A stretch of DNA of 64,000 nucleotides from Acidimicrobiia bacterium. GTDB lineage: Bacteria; Actinomycetota; Acidimicrobiia; IMCC26256; JAENVU01. The notes under the pieces are model-generated. The model did no database searches. It was not told the DNA's origin and was given only the letters and a program-made list of their open reading frames with translations. Below are positions 35,515 through 44,087 of the stretch, piece after piece; position 1 is the stretch's first letter; every line of letters begins with the position of its first letter. A program made the position numbers and the translations under genes. The stretch lies in NCBI GenBank assembly GCA_038252255.1, contig JBBSAM010000003.1, forward strand, positions 58,801 to 122,800, given 5' to 3'.

Positions 35515-37887
35515 GTGTCCTGGAAGGCGCGGCTGCACGGGCTGCTGGTCCACCGGCGCGAGGTGGGGCCGAGCCGGCGACGGCCGGGTGACGTCGTCCG
35601 GGTGGTGGTCGGCGCGGCGCTGCTCGCGGGGCTCGCGATCTACTCGCAGGACCATGCGCCACTCGAGCGGGACATCGTCCGCTCGATCGCGGACCTGCCC
35701 CACGACGGCTACTCGTTCGTCGTCCTCATCTACCGGATCCTGGCGGTGTGGGCGATCGGCCTGCTGATCTTCGGCGCGATCCTCGTCCGCCGGTGGCGGC
35801 TGACCCGCGACCTCGCCGTTGCGGGCGCCGGCGCGTGGTGCATCGGACGTGTCCTCGCGTTCTACACGCGCGACGGCCGGCTGTGGAACGCGGTGAAGGA
35901 CACGGCGGACCTCACCGGCGCACCGCGGTTCCCGACCGTGCGCGTGGCCGTCGTCGTGGCGATGGTGGTGGTCGCGTCGCCGTACCTGGCGCGGCCGCTC
36001 CGGCACGTCGGCCAGATCCTGGTGATCGCGGTCGCGATCGACGCGCTCTACATCGGCCGGGTCTTCCCCACCGACCTTCTCGGCGCGCTCGTGCTCGGGT
36101 GGAGCGTGGCCGCGGCCGTCCACTACGGGTTCGGGACCCCCGTAGGCCGGCCGACGGCGGAGTCCGTGACCCGCACGCTCGCCCGGCTCGGCCTCGACGT
36201 GAAAGAGGTCGAGGCGGCCGAAGAGCAGCCGGTCGGCCGGGCCGTCTTCACCGCGACCGGCCCACCGGGCGCGCTGCGGATCACGGCGCTCGGGCGCGAC
36301 GAAGCCGACGCGCAGCTCCTGGCCCGCGCCTGGCGCTACATCACGCGCAAGGACGCGCCGCGAACGTTGCTCTGGAGCCGCCGGCAGCAGGTCGAGTACG
36401 AGGCGTACCTCGAGTTGCAGGCCGGCGAGGTGGGAGTGCGCGTCCCCGGGGTGGTGCTGGCCGGCAACGCGGGAGCGGTGGCCGTGCTTGTCGAGCACGA
36501 CATGCCCGGGCGTGCCCTCTTCGACGCTCCCGTCGACGAGATCACCGACTCCGTCCTCGACGACGCGTGGGAGCAGCTCGGGCGCTTGCGCAACGCACAC
36601 CTCGCGCACGGCAAGCTCGACGGCCACCATCTCCTCGTCGACGGCGAACAGACGGTCGTGACGGAGTTCGAATGGGCCACGACGAGTGCCGGCTTCGGCC
36701 AGGCCGCGGCCGACGCGGCCAACCTGCTCGCGGCGACCGCGGCAATGGTCGGTACCGAGCGCGCGGTCGCCGCCGCCCGGCGCGAGATCAGCGACGAGGA
36801 GCTGCTCGCGGCACTTCCCATGTTGCAGCCACAGTCGATCTCCGGCTGGACCCACGACGCGTTCGGCGGTCGCAGCGGGCTCGACGACCGGCTCGCCGAG
36901 CTCCGCGAGGCAACCGCGCAGGCCGCCGGGACCGAGCCGCCCGAGCTCCGCCAGCTGTACCGCGTGCATCCCCGGAACCTGCTCATGGCCATCGGCGCGC
37001 TCGTCGCGGTCGCGGTGCTGTTCAGCCGGGTGGGCGACCCCGAGAAGTTCTGGCACTCGTTGCGCAACGCCAACTGGTGGTACGTCGCGCTCGCGTTCGT
37101 GCTCGGTCTCGGTACGGACGTCGCGTTCGGCATCACGTTCCTCGGCAACGTCCCCATCCGCATCCCGGTCTGGCCGAGCATCGAGCTGCAATCCGCGATG
37201 TCGTTCTCGAACCTGGCGGTCCCGGTGGCTGCCGACACCGCGATCCAGGTGCGCTTCCTCCAGAAGCAGGGGCTCGATCTGCCCTCCGCGGTCGCGACCG
37301 GCGGGGTGCTCAGCTCCGTCTCCGAGATCATCGTGCAGGTCGCGCTGTTCTTCGTCGCGGTCCGGCTCGCGCCCGACTCCATCGACTTGGGCCGCATCGA
37401 CACCGAACAGCTCGTGGTCATCGCGCTGATCGTCGTGTTCGCGGTGGGGGTCGCACTGGCGATCATCTTCGGCATCCGCCGGATCCGGCACCGGGTGCTC
37501 CCGCCCGTCGCCCGCGCGACACGCACCGTCTGGGACGCGGTGAAGACCCCGAGCCGCATCTCGCTGCTCGTGGTCGGCAACATCGTTGCCCAGTGCCTGT
37601 TCGCGGGATCGCTGCTCGCGTGCCTCCTCGCGTTCGGGGCGAGTGTGAACTTCTGGACCCTGCTCGCGCTCAACATCGGGATCACGACGATCGCGTCGCT
37701 CGTCCCCATCCCCGGCGGGGGCACCGCGGTGTCCTCGGTCGGCCTCGCCGGCCTGCTGACGGCGCTCGGGGTGTCCCCTGCCGCCGCCGGCGCGGCGGTG
37801 CTGTCCCATCAGCTCGCCGTGACGTACCTCCCCGCCATTCCCGGCTGGTTCGCCACCCACGACCTCATCCGCAAGCGGATGCTCTAG
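35515..37887 (+). CDS. Polytopic membrane fusion protein: degenerate PAP2-like N-terminal TM domain, kinase-like cytoplasmic domain, C-terminal LPG-synthase-TM/flippase-like domain
   Basis: GTG start 3 nt after the AKR stop. The central region contains HGKLDGHHLLV (RIO/lipid-kinase-like). The C-terminal ~330 aa has multiple TM helices typical of the flippase-like domain. Confidence 0.7.
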   Translation: MSWKARLHGLLVHRREVGPSRRRPGDVVRVVVGAALLAGLAIYSQDHAPLERDIVRSIADLPHDGYSFVVLIYRILAVWAIGLLIFGAILVRRWRLTRDLAVAGAGAWCIGRVLAFYTRDGRLWNAVKDTADLTGAPRFPTVRVAVVVAMVVVASPYLARPLRHVGQILVIAVAIDALYIGRVFPTDLLGALVLGWSVAAAVHYGFGTPVGRPTAESVTRTLARLGLDVKEVEAAEEQPVGRAVFTATGPPGALRITALGRDEADAQLLARAWRYITRKDAPRTLLWSRRQQVEYEAYLELQAGEVGVRVPGVVLAGNAGAVAVLVEHDMPGRALFDAPVDEITDSVLDDAWEQLGRLRNAHLAHGKLDGHHLLVDGEQTVVTEFEWATTSAGFGQAAADAANLLAATAAMVGTERAVAAARREISDEELLAALPMLQPQSISGWTHDAFGGRSGLDDRLAELREATAQAAGTEPPELRQLYRVHPRNLLMAIGALVAVAVLFSRVGDPEKFWHSLRNANWWYVALAFVLGLGTDVAFGITFLGNVPIRIPVWPSIELQSAMSFSNLAVPVAADTAIQVRFLQKQGLDLPSAVATGGVLSSVSEIIVQVALFFVAVRLAPDSIDLGRIDTEQLVVIALIVVFAVGVALAIIFGIRRIRHRVLPPVARATRTVWDAVKTPSRISLLVVGNIVAQCLFAGSLLACLLAFGASVNFWTLLALNIGITTIASLVPIPGGGTAVSSVGLAGLLTALGVSPAAAGAAVLSHQLAVTYLPAIPGWFATHDLIRKRML

Positions 37888-38013
37888 CGATCGGGCACGG
37901 CGCCCGGGAGCCCGCGCCCTCCGAGCCGTTGTCCCACCCCTGTCCTATGGTCAGGTCAGCCCTTCCCCGGTCCTTCCTCCGTTCGCTGAGCCGTTGCCCG
38001 CGGAGGAGCCGTC

Positions 38014-38478
38014 ATGTCATCGACCGAGCTGCAGTCACAGATCTGGATTCCCTGCCCCGACTGCGCGCCCTTCCACATCCGCGGTCCGGCGGATGCTCTC
38101 GCGCTCGCCACCGCGTGGCCCGAGCTCCCCGAGTTCGAGCTGATGCTGGCGCTGCTGGACGCTGATCGGCGCATCACGCTGATGCTCACGAACCCGGAGG
38201 CCGACCTCGTCTTCTGCCCGGAGCAGATCGAGCGACCCGGGATCCCCCGACCGGTGCGGGGCGTCGCGTTGTTCTCCCGGGTGTGGAGGGAGAACCGGCA
38301 GCTCAGCAGCTGGTCCCTGTTCGAGATCCTGAAGCGCCGCTACCGGGAGGCGGGGATCCGCTTCGTCGACTGGGTGCAGATCGACTTCGACGAGGACATC
38401 TACCGCTCGATGCGGATCAGCACCCGCGATCGGCAGGGCATCGCGCAGGACTACCTCCGGTCCGGGACGTGTGTGTGA
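38014..38478 (+). CDS. Hypothetical protein (154 aa)
   Basis: GGAGGAG RBS is present. No recognised domain. Its stop overlaps a possible GTG start of lhgO (GTGA at 38475-38478). Confidence 0.55.
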   Translation: MSSTELQSQIWIPCPDCAPFHIRGPADALALATAWPELPEFELMLALLDADRRITLMLTNPEADLVFCPEQIERPGIPRPVRGVALFSRVWRENRQLSSWSLFEILKRRYREAGIRFVDWVQIDFDEDIYRSMRISTRDRQGIAQDYLRSGTCV

Positions 38479-38546
38479 GCCCCGACCCGGTGCTCCGCGA
38501 GCTTCCTCCGGCGGCCGCAGCCGGGCATGCCAGAGTGTCCGGCCAT

Positions 38547-39749
38547 ATGGACCGGGTCGACGTGCTCGTGGTGGGGGCCGGCATCGTCGGGCTGGCGACC
38601 GCGCGCGCGGTCCAGCAGGCGGAGCCGGGGCTCACGGTCGTCGTCGCCGAGAAGGAGGACGCACCGGCCCGCCATCAGTCCGGCCGGAACTCGGGCGTCA
38701 TCCATGCCGGCGTGTACTACGCGCCCGGCTCGGACAAGGCCCGGCTGTGCTCGGCCGGGCGGGTCTCGATGGTCGAGTACTGCCGCGAGCGCGGCATCCC
38801 GCACGAGGTGTGCGGGAAGGTCGTCGTCGCGGTGGACGAGGACGAGCGCGGCCGGCTCGTGGAGCTCGAGCGACGATGCCAGGTCAACGATGTGCGGGTG
38901 GAGCGCATCGGGCCGGACCGGCTGCACGAGATCGAGCCCTACACGGCCGGGGTCGCCGCGTTGCACGTGCTCGACACCGGCATCGCCGACTACACCGCGG
39001 TCTGCCTGTCACTCGCGCGTGAGGTCGAGGAGGCCGGCGGGCGCTTGCAGCTCGACACCGAGATCCTGTCGGGCACCGAGCAGGCCGATCGTCTCGTGGT
39101 GGAGACGAACCGCGATGCGATCGCGGCGCGCCGCGTGGTCACGTGCGGTGGCTTGCAGGCCGACCGGCTCGCGGTCGCGGTGAGCGGGCCGGACGGCGCG
39201 GCGGGCCTGCGGGTCGTGCCGTTCCGCGGGGAGTACTACGCGCTCCCGCCCGAGCGGGCGCATCTGGTGCGAACCCTCGTCTATCCGGTGCCGGACCCCC
39301 AGTTCCCGTTCCTCGGCGTCCACCTGACCCGCGGCATCGACGGCCAGGTGCACGTCGGCCCCAACGCGGTGCTCGCGCTCGCCCGCGAGGGCTACTCCTG
39401 GCGTGAGCTCGACCTCGCCGACGTGCGCGACACGGTGCGCTATTCCGGCTTCCGCAAGCTCGCCGCGCAGCACTGGCGCTACGGCGCGGGTGAGATGGCG
39501 CGTTCGGTCAGCAAGCGGCGCTTCGTCAAGGCCCTGAACCGGCTCGTGCCCGACGTGACGGTCGGCGACCTCGAACCGGCCGCGTCGGGCGTGCGCGCCC
39601 AGGCCGTCACGCCCACGGGCGACCTCGTCGACGACTTCGCCTTCCAGCAGGTCGGCCGCGCGCTCCACGTGCTCAACGCCCCGTCCCCCGCCGCCACCGC
39701 GTCACTCGAGATCGGCCGAACCATCGCCGAGAGGTTGTCTCTCGGCTGA
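38547..39749 (+). CDS. lhgO: L-2-hydroxyglutarate oxidase (FAD-dependent)
   Basis: DVLVVGAGIVGLATA...HQSGRNSGVIHAGVYYAPGS. An alternative coupled GTG start is at 38475. Confidence 0.85.
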   Translation: MDRVDVLVVGAGIVGLATARAVQQAEPGLTVVVAEKEDAPARHQSGRNSGVIHAGVYYAPGSDKARLCSAGRVSMVEYCRERGIPHEVCGKVVVAVDEDERGRLVELERRCQVNDVRVERIGPDRLHEIEPYTAGVAALHVLDTGIADYTAVCLSLAREVEEAGGRLQLDTEILSGTEQADRLVVETNRDAIAARRVVTCGGLQADRLAVAVSGPDGAAGLRVVPFRGEYYALPPERAHLVRTLVYPVPDPQFPFLGVHLTRGIDGQVHVGPNAVLALAREGYSWRELDLADVRDTVRYSGFRKLAAQHWRYGAGEMARSVSKRRFVKALNRLVPDVTVGDLEPAASGVRAQAVTPTGDLVDDFAFQQVGRALHVLNAPSPAATASLEIGRTIAERLSLG

Positions 39750-39784
39750 GACCCCTTCGCGGACTCGAGCCGGCGGACTCGAGA

Positions 39785-39836
39785 CCGCCGCCGGCCGCCC
39801 CGCGATCGCGGTCGAGCGATCGGCCGGCGGAGATCT
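39785..39836 (-). repeat. Single copy of the hairpin repeat family
   Basis: The plus strand reads CCG-CCGCCGGCCG(39788-39797)-23 nt (CGCGGTC core)-CGGCCGGCGG(39821-39830)-AGATCT(39831-39836). It is wedged between the convergent lhgO and ldh stops. Confidence 0.85.
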
Positions 39837-39838
39837 TG

Positions 39839-40765
39839 TTAAATCGGCAGGTTCTCGTTCGCCTGGCGCAGCACCGCGAGGGTGTGGTCCCAGGCTTCGC
39901 GCTCGCGGGTGGTCATCAACGGCTGGAGCGGCGCGCTCGGGCCGTCGGGGCCGAGCACGCAGGGGAGGCTGGCGCACACGTCGTCGCCGACCCGCACCGA
40001 CACCGGGATGATCGCACCCGCTTCGTGAGAGATCGCGTGGACCAGCCCGCTGACCGTCAGCCCGATGCCGTGCACCGCCGAGCCCTTCAGGTCGCGCACG
40101 TGGTACGCCGCGCGGCGGACGTCGTGCTCGATCGAGTCGAGGCGTTCGGGTGTCAGCTCCACCCCGCGCTGCGCGGCGAACTCCACCAGCGGCAACGTGC
40201 CCACGGTCGCGCTGCCGAGCAGGAAGACCGAGGAGTCCCCGTGCTCCCCCACCACCCAGGAATGCACGCTGCGCGGGTGCACCGCGCACTCTTGCGCGAT
40301 CCGCTGGGTGAGCCGCAGCGTGTCGAGCGACGTGCCGGAGCCCATGATCGACACCGGCTGACCGGCCCAGCGGCGGGCCAGGTACTCCGTCATCACGTCC
40401 AGCGGGTTGGTGACGACGAGCGCGATGTGCGGCAGCGTGCCCGCCTCCACCGCGCTCGCCATGTCGTCCATCACCGCGAGGTTCTGGTGCAGCGTGTCGA
40501 GGCGGGTGCCACCGGTGACGGTGTGAGCGCCGGCCGCGAACACGAGGATGTCCTCGTACTGGATGTCGTCGAGGCCGCGACCCTGGATCTCGATGCTCGG
40601 GAGCAGCGGGCGGGCGTGGAGGAAGTCCATCGCGACACCTTGCGCGGCCTCGGGCTTGCGGCTGTAGATCGTGACCCGGTTGGCGAGGCCCCGGTGGATG
40701 AGCGCGGACGCGGTGGCCACGCCGACTCCCCCGGCTCCGATGACACCGACTCGAGCTCCCGCCAT
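39839..40765 (-). CDS. ldh: L-lactate dehydrogenase family protein
   Basis: VGVIGAGGVG, VVTNPLDVMT and GEHGDS are present. The upstream in-frame extension is not protein-like. Confidence 0.8.
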   Translation of the reverse strand: MAGARVGVIGAGGVGVATASALIHRGLANRVTIYSRKPEAAQGVAMDFLHARPLLPSIEIQGRGLDDIQYEDILVFAAGAHTVTGGTRLDTLHQNLAVMDDMASAVEAGTLPHIALVVTNPLDVMTEYLARRWAGQPVSIMGSGTSLDTLRLTQRIAQECAVHPRSVHSWVVGEHGDSSVFLLGSATVGTLPLVEFAAQRGVELTPERLDSIEHDVRRAAYHVRDLKGSAVHGIGLTVSGLVHAISHEAGAIIPVSVRVGDDVCASLPCVLGPDGPSAPLQPLMTTREREAWDHTLAVLRQANENLPI

Positions 40766-40974
40766 GGCGCCGAAGCCTAAACGCGCGCCCGGCGGCGAGG
40801 ATCGCTCATGCGCCACCCACCGACTCGAGCGCGAGCGTCGTGTCGACGAGGAGCCGGAACCGGCCGCGCCCCGTCTTCTCGACCTCGCCGGCTCGGTGCT
40901 GACCCCGTCGGACCACCAGGCACTCGCGGCCCGGCTCGATCTCTCGTAGAGGCCCGACCGGTTGGGCATCTCGT

Positions 40975-41004
40975 GGGGGTGCGCGGTCTGGGCCGCGCAC
41001 CCCC
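40975..41004 (+). promoter_or_regulatory. Perfect 12-bp GC hairpin (GGGGGTGCGCGG-tctggg-CCGCGCACCCCC) 17 nt upstream of the FKBP start
   Basis: The inverted repeat was read directly. It is followed by GCTACCTTTCC. Confidence 0.4.
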
Positions 41005-41020
41005 GCTACCTTTCCTGCCG

Positions 41021-41644
41021 GTGAGCCCCAGCCAGAAGCAGAAGCAGAGTCAGAGGCGCAAGTCGTCGACCCCGCCCCCGCAGAGCAAGGCGTGGGTCCG
41101 GATCGCGATCTTCGCGCTGGCCATCGTGTTTGCGTTCGGTTCCGTCATCGCCATCGCCATCGGCAGCAGCGGCAACTCCGGGAACGACACCGCGAGCACG
41201 ACGGCCCCGTCGACCGCTGCCACTCCGGCCGCGGCTTCGGTCGCAGGCAAGCCGTGCGTGGCCGAGACCGGCACGCCGCCGGCGGGTGCACCCGTCGTGC
41301 CGGTGGAGGTCGGCCCGCCGCCGACCACGCTCGTCTCGAAGGACCTCGAAGTCGGAACCGGCCCGACGGTCGCGCCGGGCGCGACCGTCACCGTCGACTA
41401 CATCGGCGTCTCGTGCTCGACCGGCGTGATCTTCGACTCGTCGTACAAGGGCGGCCAGCCGGTGACGCTCCCGCTCGCCAACATGATCCCGGGTTGGACC
41501 AACGGCATCCCCGGCATGAAGGTCGGCGGCACCCGGCTGCTCGGCATCCCACCGGACCAGGCGTACGGGGACAACGGTCAGGGCCCCGACATCGCGCCCG
41601 GCGAGACCCTCTGGTTCGTGGTGAAGGTCGAGAGCACGCAGTAG
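41021..41644 (+). CDS. Membrane-anchored FKBP-type peptidyl-prolyl cis-trans isomerase
   Basis: GTG start. A basic N-terminus and one TM helix precede VTVDYIGV...GVIFDSSY...IPGWTNGIPGMKVGGTRLLGIPPDQAYG. Confidence 0.8.
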   Translation: MSPSQKQKQSQRRKSSTPPPQSKAWVRIAIFALAIVFAFGSVIAIAIGSSGNSGNDTASTTAPSTAATPAAASVAGKPCVAETGTPPAGAPVVPVEVGPPPTTLVSKDLEVGTGPTVAPGATVTVDYIGVSCSTGVIFDSSYKGGQPVTLPLANMIPGWTNGIPGMKVGGTRLLGIPPDQAYGDNGQGPDIAPGETLWFVVKVESTQ

Positions 41645-41650
41645 CCCTGA

Positions 41651-41703
41651 AGATCTCCGGAGGGCGGACGCTCGACCGCGGCTGAGCCGGCGCCCTCCGG
41701 CGG
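41651..41703 (+). repeat. Single copy of the hairpin repeat family
   Basis: AGATCT(41651-41656)-CCGGAGGGCG-24 nt (GACCGCG core)-CGCCCTCCGG(41691-41700)-CGG. It lies between the convergent FKBP and whiB stops. Confidence 0.9.
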
Positions 41704-41721
41704 TCTCCTCCGGCAGCTCGT

Positions 41722-42054
41722 TCAGGCGGCGCGGTGGGGGTCGGACCGCCTGGCCCGGCGGTTGACGCTCGGGAAGCGGACCCGGAACCCGGCGGCGATG
41801 CGTGCCTCCTCGGACTCCCCACCCCAGTACCCGTACTCGCGGTGCTCGCGGGCCCATTCGCGGCACGGGTTCACGACCGGGCAGGAGGCGCACACGAGCC
41901 ATGCCCGGAGCTCGCGCGCCGCGCGGACCTCGGGTCGTTCTCCGGGTGCCGGGTAGAACAGGTCGGTCTTCCCGGCGCACGCGGCGCGCCGGCTCCACGG
42001 ACGCGCGTCGGCAGCCATTCCCGCGCCCAGCGTCGCTACCAACGTCTTCGGCAT
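41722..42054 (-). CDS. WhiB family transcriptional regulator
   Basis: The four Cys are present (AACAGK...CASCPV..PC), followed by GYWGGESEEAR. The start is ATG 42054 or 42018. The rest of the 375-aa ORF is not protein-like. Confidence 0.8.
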   Translation of the reverse strand: MPKTLVATLGAGMAADARPWSRRAACAGKTDLFYPAPGERPEVRAARELRAWLVCASCPVVNPCREWAREHREYGYWGGESEEARIAAGFRVRFPSVNRRARRSDPHRAA

Positions 42055-42186
42055 GCGGATCGGGCTACCCGTTTCCTCAACGGGCGAAACACGCTCAACG
42101 CGGACGTGTGACCCGGGCGCGGCGCGGGTATCAGGACGACAACGCGACGTGCGCGGTGCGGCGGCGCTGAACCGGCGGAGGCACGA

Positions 42187-42768
42187 GTGAACCAGCGAGA
42201 GCCCCGGGTAGCCGACCAACAGGTCGTCGTCGGACTGGCACCGGATCTGGGCCAGGCCCGGCGGGTCTTCGGCTACCTCCAGAACCATGGCATCGATCCG
42301 AACGACGTCCGGCTCGAGCTCGCCGCGGTCGAGCCCGACGCGCAGCCCTCGCTCGACCCCGCGGTTCGTGATCAGCTCGGGCAGGTCACGATCGGCCACG
42401 CCGGCCGTCGGGCCGAAGCGGGCGCGCTGATCGGCGCCCTGGCGGGTGGCGCGGTGGGTGCGCTCGGCGGAGTGCTCGCCACGAGCGGCCACGTGGGTCG
42501 GGACCTGACCACGTTCCTCGCGATCGTGTTCGTGTTCACCGGGCTCGGCGCGTGGGCGGCCGCGTGCCTGACCGCCGCCCGCTCGATGGCCGACGACAAC
42601 GCACCGGCGCGTCCCTCGGAGCACATCGACGGCTCGACGTGGATCGCTGTACGCGTGCATGACGCGCGCGATGTCGCCCATGCCCGCGATCTGCTCGAGC
42701 GCGAGGGCGTAGTCCTGGTGGAGGAGGACACCGCACACGCGCAAGGAGCCCACTCCCTGCGCTGGTAG
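42187..42768 (+). CDS. Hypothetical membrane protein
   Basis: GTG start. There is a central Gly/Ala-rich TM pair. No recognised domain. Confidence 0.5.
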   Translation: MNQREPRVADQQVVVGLAPDLGQARRVFGYLQNHGIDPNDVRLELAAVEPDAQPSLDPAVRDQLGQVTIGHAGRRAEAGALIGALAGGAVGALGGVLATSGHVGRDLTTFLAIVFVFTGLGAWAAACLTAARSMADDNAPARPSEHIDGSTWIAVRVHDARDVAHARDLLEREGVVLVEEDTAHAQGAHSLRW

Positions 42769-42845
42769 GGCCCGCCCGGCGCAAGCGCAGCCCGGCCCGT
42801 GCTCGCGGTCGGGACGGGCGCGAGCCGTCCACCCCGGAGACGCGC

Positions 42846-43943
42846 TCAACGAGGTGAGAAGCCGGCGCGATCGGCATCCAGCGCCGCGACGCGGCCGGAC
42901 GGCGCGATCCCGTCACCGCGGAGCCGGGCCGGGAGACGCGCCACCAGCCCCGCCTCCGTCTCGAGGTGGAACCCGCGGCCGCGGAGCTGCGGATGCTCGG
43001 TCGCGCCTTCGGGAGACAGCACCGGTGTGACGGGCGCGCCGAACGATTCGAGTCGCGCGAGCGCGACCTCCGAGCCGAGCCCGGCGATCCGCTCGGCGAT
43101 CATCGCGTTGATCTCGTCCGTGCGCGCGAGTCGCGCCGCGAACGTGAGCGGAGCGAGCTCCTCGAGCCCCAGGGCGCGGCAGATGGCGTCCCAGAGTCTC
43201 TGCTCCGCGAGCACGCCGAGCGCGATCCACGCACCATCCGCGGCGCGGAACACGCCGTAACCGGGTGACCCCACGGTTCGGCTACCGGCCTCCGCGTTCG
43301 CGGTCCCGCTGCGCGTCCCCACCCACCACGCGACGACGTCGGCCATCGCGACGTCGATCCGCTCGCCCTCGCCGGTCGCGATCCGGTGCGCCCACGCCGC
43401 GCAGATCAACATCGCGCACACCGTCCCACCTTCGAGGTCGGCGACCGGGAGCCGCGACACCTCGGGAGCAAGCTCGGGGCGGCGCGGCGCGAGCGCACCC
43501 GCGATCGCCTGGAAGTTCACGTCGTGGCCGGGCACATCGCGAAGCGGCCCGTCCTGGCCGAAGCCGGTCAGCGAGCAGTAGATGACCGTCGGGTTCGCTT
43601 CCACGACCGTCTCGTAGCCGAGCCCGAGCCGGTCCGCGACACCCGGCCGCCAGCTCTCGCACACCACGTCGGCCGCCGCCGCCAGCTCGAGCGCCCGCGC
43701 GCTCCCGGCCTCGGTGCGGAGGTCCAGCACGATGCTGCGCTTCCCGCGGGCGACCGAGGCGAAGATCTCCGGATAGCCGCGCATCGGGTCGCCACCCGGC
43801 GGCTCGACCTTGAGCACCTCGGCGCCGAGGTCGGCGAGGATCTGGGTCGCGTGCGGCATCGGCCGCCACGCCGACAGATCCAACACCCGCATCCCCGCCA
43901 GAAGCCCAGACACAACCGCTTCTTTACTAGGTACCGCCACCAT
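42846..43943 (-). CDS. CoA transferase (family III, CaiB/BaiF-like)
   Basis: LAGMRVLDLS...ILADLGAEVLKVEPPGGDP. Start choices are ATG 43943 (inside the repeat edge), GTG 43913 or ATG 43892. Confidence 0.85.
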   Translation of the reverse strand: MVAVPSKEAVVSGLLAGMRVLDLSAWRPMPHATQILADLGAEVLKVEPPGGDPMRGYPEIFASVARGKRSIVLDLRTEAGSARALELAAAADVVCESWRPGVADRLGLGYETVVEANPTVIYCSLTGFGQDGPLRDVPGHDVNFQAIAGALAPRRPELAPEVSRLPVADLEGGTVCAMLICAAWAHRIATGEGERIDVAMADVVAWWVGTRSGTANAEAGSRTVGSPGYGVFRAADGAWIALGVLAEQRLWDAICRALGLEELAPLTFAARLARTDEINAMIAERIAGLGSEVALARLESFGAPVTPVLSPEGATEHPQLRGRGFHLETEAGLVARLPARLRGDGIAPSGRVAALDADRAGFSPR

Positions 43944-44087
43944 TCGCCCTCCGGAGATCTTCGGAATGCCGCCGGAGGGCGCCGGGCAACCGCGGTCCAC
44001 CATTCGCCCTCCGGAGATCTTCGGAATGCCGCCGGAGGGCGCCGGGCAACCGCGCTCCACCATTCGCCCTCCGGAGATCTCCGAATT
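43937..44087 (-). repeat. Tandem array (about 2.5 units, 60-bp period) of the hairpin repeat family in a divergent promoter region
   Basis: Complete hairpins lie at 43972-44014 and 44032-44074 (CCGGAGGGCG / CGCCCTCCGG). AGATCT occurs at 43955, 44015 and 44075. Confidence 0.95.

Noticed and set aside
34846-37860. 1004-aa minus-strand ORF
   Set aside because: It is antisense to the AKR gene and to the 790-aa membrane protein, which has coherent TM-helix patterns. The antisense product is Arg/Asp/Glu/Pro-rich with no domain.
41722-42849. 375-aa ORF containing WhiB at its C-terminus
   Set aside because: Only the last ~100-110 aa are WhiB-like. The upstream part is antisense to the 42187-42768 gene and is not protein-like.
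43755-43800. AGATCTCCGG...CCCGGCGG inside the CoA-transferase coding region, resembling a family repeat
   Set aside because: It lacks the complementary 10-nt arms and the loop core. It simply encodes the conserved ...GDPMRGYPEIF... segment, so the resemblance is a chance partial match.
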